64,000 bases of DNA from a virus. How positions within the stretch are numbered: the first letter of the stretch is position 1; each line of letters begins with the position of its first letter. A program made the translations under genes and the position numbers. The notes beneath the pieces were generated by a model. It made no database searches. It saw only the letters and a list, made by a program, of their open reading frames with translations, and had not been told where the DNA came from. The stretch lies in IMG/VR virus record IMGVR_UViG_3300025655_000022, positions 23,178-87,177 of that record; one strand, 5' to 3'. Positions 59,316-64,000 of the stretch are shown here, piece after piece.

Positions 59316-59891
59316 ATGACTGCATTTGTGCTTGGCAACGGCGTTAGCCGAAAAGGGATTAATTTATACAAACTGGAAAATCACGGTGATATCTACGGAT
59401 GCAATGCTCTGTATCGTGAGTTTACACCAACTGTGTTAGTAGCAACTGATCCAGGAATTAGTCGTGCAATTCAGGAATCTGGATACGCACAAAATAACAG
59501 ATTTTATACACGTCGACCATTTTCAGACAGTGGCGCACACGCATTGGATGCCAAATACAAAGGCATGAGCAGTGGCCCCAACGCTGTTAATCTGGCTGTG
59601 AAAGACAGCCACAAACAGATATTTTTGTTGGGATTTGATTTTGGCAGTGTTAATGGCTTGTTTAACAATGTTTACGCAGACACCGAATTCTATAAAAAAT
59701 CCACAGATAAGCCCACATTTGGTGGAAATTGGATGAATCAGATCAAACAAATCATGCACGAAAATCCAGACGTAATTTTTACCAGAGTGGTCAATGGTTA
59801 CAGTCAACAATTTAACATTGATTGGAAGAGTTGCCGAAATTACACCGAGATACCAGTGGACCAGTTTCAGGATGAGTATAAATACACATAA
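59316..59891 (+). CDS. Maf/DUF115 (sialyltransferase-fold) glycosyltransferase-like protein
   Basis: FVLGNGVSR...GCNALYR...ATDP...SSGPNAVNLA...IFLLGFD. Confidence 0.62.
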   Translation: MTAFVLGNGVSRKGINLYKLENHGDIYGCNALYREFTPTVLVATDPGISRAIQESGYAQNNRFYTRRPFSDSGAHALDAKYKGMSSGPNAVNLAVKDSHKQIFLLGFDFGSVNGLFNNVYADTEFYKKSTDKPTFGGNWMNQIKQIMHENPDVIFTRVVNGYSQQFNIDWKSCRNYTEIPVDQFQDEYKYT

Positions 59892-59903
59892 AGGAACTAA
59901 TCT

Positions 59904-60599
59904 ATGTCGCTCACAGTTAAACGTATCACTGGTGATTATGAAATTCAGACAGTTAATCTGGCTGGTAGTACTGAAAACCAGATTATATTTACAACAGACC
60001 AAGTGTTAATTCGCGGTGATTTACAAGTTACTGGAGATTATAACACAACGACAGTTACTGAAAGTAACCTTTCACTAAAAGACAGATTTATTTTACTTAA
60101 TGAAGGTGAAACAGGATCAGGTGTAAGTGCTGGAACATATTCAGGCATTGAAGTTGACCGTGGCAGTTTGGATAAATCTGTTTTTTATTTTAATGAAACC
60201 ACAGACAAATGGGTTATTGGCACGGTTAACACATCAACTGGTACTGTAACTGAAATTGGCGATGTATTGACTACTGGTGCTGGTGGCGGGTTAACAGATG
60301 TAGTTGATGATATTACTCCACAACTGGGTGGTGATTTAGATGTTAACAGTCAATCAATTGTTTCGGTATCTAACGGCGACATTGTGCTTGCTCCAGATGG
60401 TACCGGTACTGTCAAGATTGAAAGCACAGAACTAGCATTTGATAAACTAGCAAGCGATCCAACCGCACAAGCAGATTATAACTTGCTGTACCACAAAACA
60501 GAAGGTTCTGGCGGAACTGGTTTATATTTTAAAACGAGTTCAACTGCCGACGAACTTGTATCAAAAGCAAAAGCAATCGTTTACGGTATTATTTTTTAA
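59904..60599 (+). CDS. Virion structural protein
   Basis: DRFILLNEGE...GIEVDRG, DITPQLGGDLDVN; exact TATAAATA at 59877-59884. Confidence 0.6.
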   Translation: MSLTVKRITGDYEIQTVNLAGSTENQIIFTTDQVLIRGDLQVTGDYNTTTVTESNLSLKDRFILLNEGETGSGVSAGTYSGIEVDRGSLDKSVFYFNETTDKWVIGTVNTSTGTVTEIGDVLTTGAGGGLTDVVDDITPQLGGDLDVNSQSIVSVSNGDIVLAPDGTGTVKIESTELAFDKLASDPTAQADYNLLYHKTEGSGGTGLYFKTSSTADELVSKAKAIVYGIIF

Positions 60600-60609
60600 G
60601 GATTAAACA

Positions 60610-60927
60610 ATGGCAATAACAACAGCAACAGTAGCACAAACTACCCCAGCCGCAGTTTACACAAGCAGCGGTAATACTGCTGTAACATGGGCAACATTTA
60701 CAAATTATATTGGTTCAGCGGCAACCTTAACACTACATATTGTTCCAAATGGTGGCAGCGCAACAGATCAAAACATGATTTTAGACGCAGAATCTATTGT
60801 AGCAGGTGATACATTAAATTTGTATACAGCCGGCGAAAAGATTTTACTTGAAAGCGGCGATGCAATTTATGCTGCTTCAGATACCGCTACCGCAGTTAAC
60901 GCAGTTTTTAGCTATACGAGTATCTAA
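60610..60927 (+). CDS. Small virion protein
   Basis: Beta-rich, EKILLESGD; operon context. Confidence 0.55.
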   Translation: MAITTATVAQTTPAAVYTSSGNTAVTWATFTNYIGSAATLTLHIVPNGGSATDQNMILDAESIVAGDTLNLYTAGEKILLESGDAIYAASDTATAVNAVFSYTSI

Positions 60928-60932
60928 TTAAC

Positions 60933-61349
60933 GTGCCAATTGGACAGTTTCTCAAAAATAGACGAACTGGTAACTCTAGACAGGTTGTAATTCCGTCTGG
61001 GCCTGGTTCTGACAGACCAGATGAACCTATTTTTGGTAGTTTTAGATTTAATACAACAGCAGGTACACTAGAAGTATTTGACGGGAGTGCCTTTAAGTTG
61101 CTTGCTGTTGAAGGATTAACAAATGTTGTAGTTGACGACTTTACAGGTGATGGATCAACAGTAGTGTTTGGATCAATGACAAATACTGTAACCAGCGCAA
61201 CAGATGTTCTAGTATTTGTTGGCGGCGTGTATCAAATACCAACTACAAATTACACAGTTGACGGTAGTTACGATATTACGTTTACTACTGCTATTCCAAA
61301 TAGTGTGCCAATTAACATTATTCATAACTTGAACTCAACGACGGTATAA
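60933..61349 (+). CDS. Small virion/tail-associated protein
   Basis: RFNTTAGTLEVFDG and FTGDGSTVVF...VFVGGVYQ motifs. Confidence 0.55.
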   Translation: MPIGQFLKNRRTGNSRQVVIPSGPGSDRPDEPIFGSFRFNTTAGTLEVFDGSAFKLLAVEGLTNVVVDDFTGDGSTVVFGSMTNTVTSATDVLVFVGGVYQIPTTNYTVDGSYDITFTTAIPNSVPINIIHNLNSTTV

Positions 61350-61350
61350 T

Positions 61351-63903
61351 ATGGCTATTAATAGAATTACCGCAGCAATGCTAGGCACTACAAACTTAGA
61401 ACAAAGTGACTACATTCTAGCGACTGACGGCAGCGGTAATTTATACTGGACTGATGTAGGTTCTGTGTCAACAGGACACGACATTACGCTAGGAGATCCA
61501 TCAGATACGTCTCTATTCCCTCCAGGAGCAATTAATAATTGGCAAAATTCAACAGTTGTTACGGATGCAATCGACGACTTAAATGAATTAGCAGCAAACA
61601 TAATAAACAATACTGCTGTTGCTAATGTTGATTTTACTGCAAGTCCGACAGCAGGCGGTGCAGGAACAGCAGTTACATTAACTATTACGGCTAATGGCAA
61701 TCCAGACAGATATACAATTAACTGGGGTGATGGAACTACAACAACCGGAACTGCTAACAGCACACCAACACATACATATTCGTCAAATGCCGGATCACCG
61801 TATGCTGTAACTGTTACAGCATATAATTCAAATGGAACTGGTACAGGAAGTTCTGTAAGTAAAGAACGTGATGATTATGTTATTATTTACACGGCAGATC
61901 CTGTAGTGAGTTATGATTTTTATAGAACTCCTACGGGTGGCACAGCACTAAGTGGAAACAATTTATATGTTATCGAAGGCGAAAGTCTATACCTTGATAA
62001 CAACACAACTAATATTGGTGCTGCTACCGTTGATTATTCAATGGCATGGGGTGACAGCAGCGCAGATTCTAGTATTGTTTCTGATTCTGCTGCTGGTGGC
62101 ACAGCAGGCGCACGCTTACAACATACATGGGGAGCAGGAACTAGTTCAGGTAACGGAAAAGACACTACACAATTAACATTAAACAGCCACAACACCGCAG
62201 ATCCTGCTGTAATACCTACTAGTAACACAGTACGTTTAAAAGTATACGCAAGCAATCCAACTGCTCCGTATGGTTTAACGGAAACTTCAATTGGATATTC
62301 AGGATCTGTTGGGATTAATCCAAGATTGGCAGTAGGATTCACTGATAATACATCTGTTGCAATATATTCAGCAGGCGATGATGTTAATCGTACAGTAGCG
62401 ACTACTGGTGATATTGAATCTACTGTGACAACATCGTATACATACAATCCAGAATCTGGAACATTGAGTGCTAAAGTTAATGGAAATACAGATGGCTCAG
62501 TTATATTATCAGCATCATTAACACCAGTTACCAACACGAGTCTTGTTATCACAGAAGTTGCTGATTATAACCTGTTAGATAGTTACGGAAATAGTGTATC
62601 GTTTGATAATAGCATTTACTATCCAGGTGCATTTTCTGGATTCAAAGCAAAAGTATCAAAAACCGCTAGTAGCATTTCAGTTGGTGTGAACAGTTTTCAA
62701 ATAACACACTCAGCAGGCGAGTCAACAGATCCTGTTGGGTTTGTTAAAGATGACTTAACAGCAATACCTACTGTAGATATTAGCAATGCTACATTAACAG
62801 AAAATGTCAGTGGGACTTATCGATATATTTCAGGAATCCCGTATTATAATAGTGGAAGTCCTAGTTTAACATTATCGGGTATTTTAATTTCAAACTTAGT
62901 TGGACAATGCTACACTAACCAAGCAAGTATTGTTGAAGTTAATGATGGAACTAATCAAGAAGGTACATCGGCAAACGCTGTTGTTGAGTCTTTTTACAGT
63001 TATGCAAATATTGACGGTGCAACGACTATGCTATCAGGAGGTATTCCAAAGGTTAACATTGGAACTTCAACACCATATGCTATCGGTAACTTAACAATAC
63101 CCATTACGTCAAGTACAGTTAGAACAGTAAGTCGTGTTAAAGTGTTAGCAAAAAATGTTAACGGAACAACTGATTACACTGACGATTTAGCGGTTAATGT
63201 ACAAGTTCATAAATCATCACAATCAGGCGTTAACGAGATCTCTATCCCTGTATCAGTTGACTTAGGTAACGGAGTATATGTAGATAACGGTGTACGAATT
63301 TTTGATTTCAACGCTGCTAGTACCAACACACCAGCGGTTAGTAACGCTATAAATTATTATACGAATAATGTGTATACTGAACTAAGTGATCCGGGCGTTG
63401 CTGGAACTAAAGAAGCAACTGTTAGACTTGGAGTACTAAAGCATGACACTACGGACTATAGCACAAATTATTTACCAGTAGGTCCGGATAGAAGTGCAGA
63501 TACAGGAACACAATATTTTACATTTGCTTTCCGTAGACAAGCAGTAGCGAACTTTTCGGTAAGAATCGTATCGTCCACTGGCATTTCGGGATGCTGGATT
63601 GCTGCACCTAATACTGCAATCGATAATACATCGACGCTAAACGGATGGTTAGATTGTAGCACACAATATGCTGGTTCAGGAATTCCTGGTGCTGACACAA
63701 ATAGTGGCGGTAATGGTAGCAATGGCTGTGCTTTAACTGGAGCAGATAGAATTATTGCTGGCAGTAGTTTAAATACCTACTACACAATGACATTAGGAAC
63801 AGAAAACATGAGCAACTCTACAGGTAACGTAGTTCTTGTTCGTATTGCGTTGAGTAGCGGAGAAAGCATTACCGCTTTAGAAGTAGCAGAGGGTAACAAT
63901 TAA
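61351..63903 (+). CDS. PKD/Ig-domain virion surface protein
   Basis: INWGDG...PTHTY and MAWGD...HTW PKD motifs; Ser/Thr-rich. Confidence 0.65.
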   Translation: MAINRITAAMLGTTNLEQSDYILATDGSGNLYWTDVGSVSTGHDITLGDPSDTSLFPPGAINNWQNSTVVTDAIDDLNELAANIINNTAVANVDFTASPTAGGAGTAVTLTITANGNPDRYTINWGDGTTTTGTANSTPTHTYSSNAGSPYAVTVTAYNSNGTGTGSSVSKERDDYVIIYTADPVVSYDFYRTPTGGTALSGNNLYVIEGESLYLDNNTTNIGAATVDYSMAWGDSSADSSIVSDSAAGGTAGARLQHTWGAGTSSGNGKDTTQLTLNSHNTADPAVIPTSNTVRLKVYASNPTAPYGLTETSIGYSGSVGINPRLAVGFTDNTSVAIYSAGDDVNRTVATTGDIESTVTTSYTYNPESGTLSAKVNGNTDGSVILSASLTPVTNTSLVITEVADYNLLDSYGNSVSFDNSIYYPGAFSGFKAKVSKTASSISVGVNSFQITHSAGESTDPVGFVKDDLTAIPTVDISNATLTENVSGTYRYISGIPYYNSGSPSLTLSGILISNLVGQCYTNQASIVEVNDGTNQEGTSANAVVESFYSYANIDGATTMLSGGIPKVNIGTSTPYAIGNLTIPITSSTVRTVSRVKVLAKNVNGTTDYTDDLAVNVQVHKSSQSGVNEISIPVSVDLGNGVYVDNGVRIFDFNAASTNTPAVSNAINYYTNNVYTELSDPGVAGTKEATVRLGVLKHDTTDYSTNYLPVGPDRSADTGTQYFTFAFRRQAVANFSVRIVSSTGISGCWIAAPNTAIDNTSTLNGWLDCSTQYAGSGIPGADTNSGGNGSNGCALTGADRIIAGSSLNTYYTMTLGTENMSNSTGNVVLVRIALSSGESITALEVAEGNN

Positions 63904-64000
63904 TGGCAATTTCAGACAACCAAAAAGTTGACTATTTGTGGAAAAAGTTAGGTTACTCTGCTACAAAGACAGATACTAATGCTAACAAACTTGGTCCAAA
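63903..64000 (+). CDS. Virion protein (partial, runs off the right edge)
   Basis: TAATG overlap; MAISDNQKVDYLWKKLGYSATKTD... Confidence 0.6.
   Translation, partial: MAISDNQKVDYLWKKLGYSATKTDTNANKLGP

Noticed and set aside
1-64000. CRISPR array or diversity-generating retroelement
   Set aside because: No regularly spaced direct repeats, reverse transcriptase or TR/VR pair were observed.

Overview
A 64-kb segment of a large T4-superfamily (jumbo/huge-phage-like) myovirus genome in the standard genetic code. No tRNA, rRNA, CRISPR array or transposon was seen. Layout: (1) 1-11.6 kb, minus strand: a dense enzyme cluster with three radical-SAM proteins, several glycosyltransferase-like proteins, two SGNH-type proteins and a 2OG-Fe(II) oxygenase, plus two deletion scars. 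(2) 11.5-41.8 kb, minus strand: gp4-like nuclease and tail/baseplate genes, including a 4413-aa protein and gp6-, gp25-, gp5-, gp27-, gp53- and gp48/54-like genes. (3) 41.9-47.4 kb, plus strand: gp55 late sigma factor, gp47, gp46 and a resolvase. (4) 47.4-48.1 kb: a non-coding stretch packed with nested stems, a candidate large structured RNA, followed by GNA-loop DNA hairpins. (5) 48.1-50.5 kb, minus strand: a tail chaperone with a T_TTT_TTC -1 slippery site, translationally coupled to a three-gene cassette that includes a minimal aminoacyl-tRNA-protein-transferase-like gene. (6) 50.5-64 kb, plus strand: tape-measure-like protein, portal, prohead protease, scaffold, major capsid and virion proteins. 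The best candidates for new biology are the ~460-nt structured RNA, the CPYA/ATE-like/barrel cassette, the frameshift, the radical-SAM/glycosylation cluster and apparently leaderless late mRNAs. All protein calls come from reading motifs by eye; no database searches were run.
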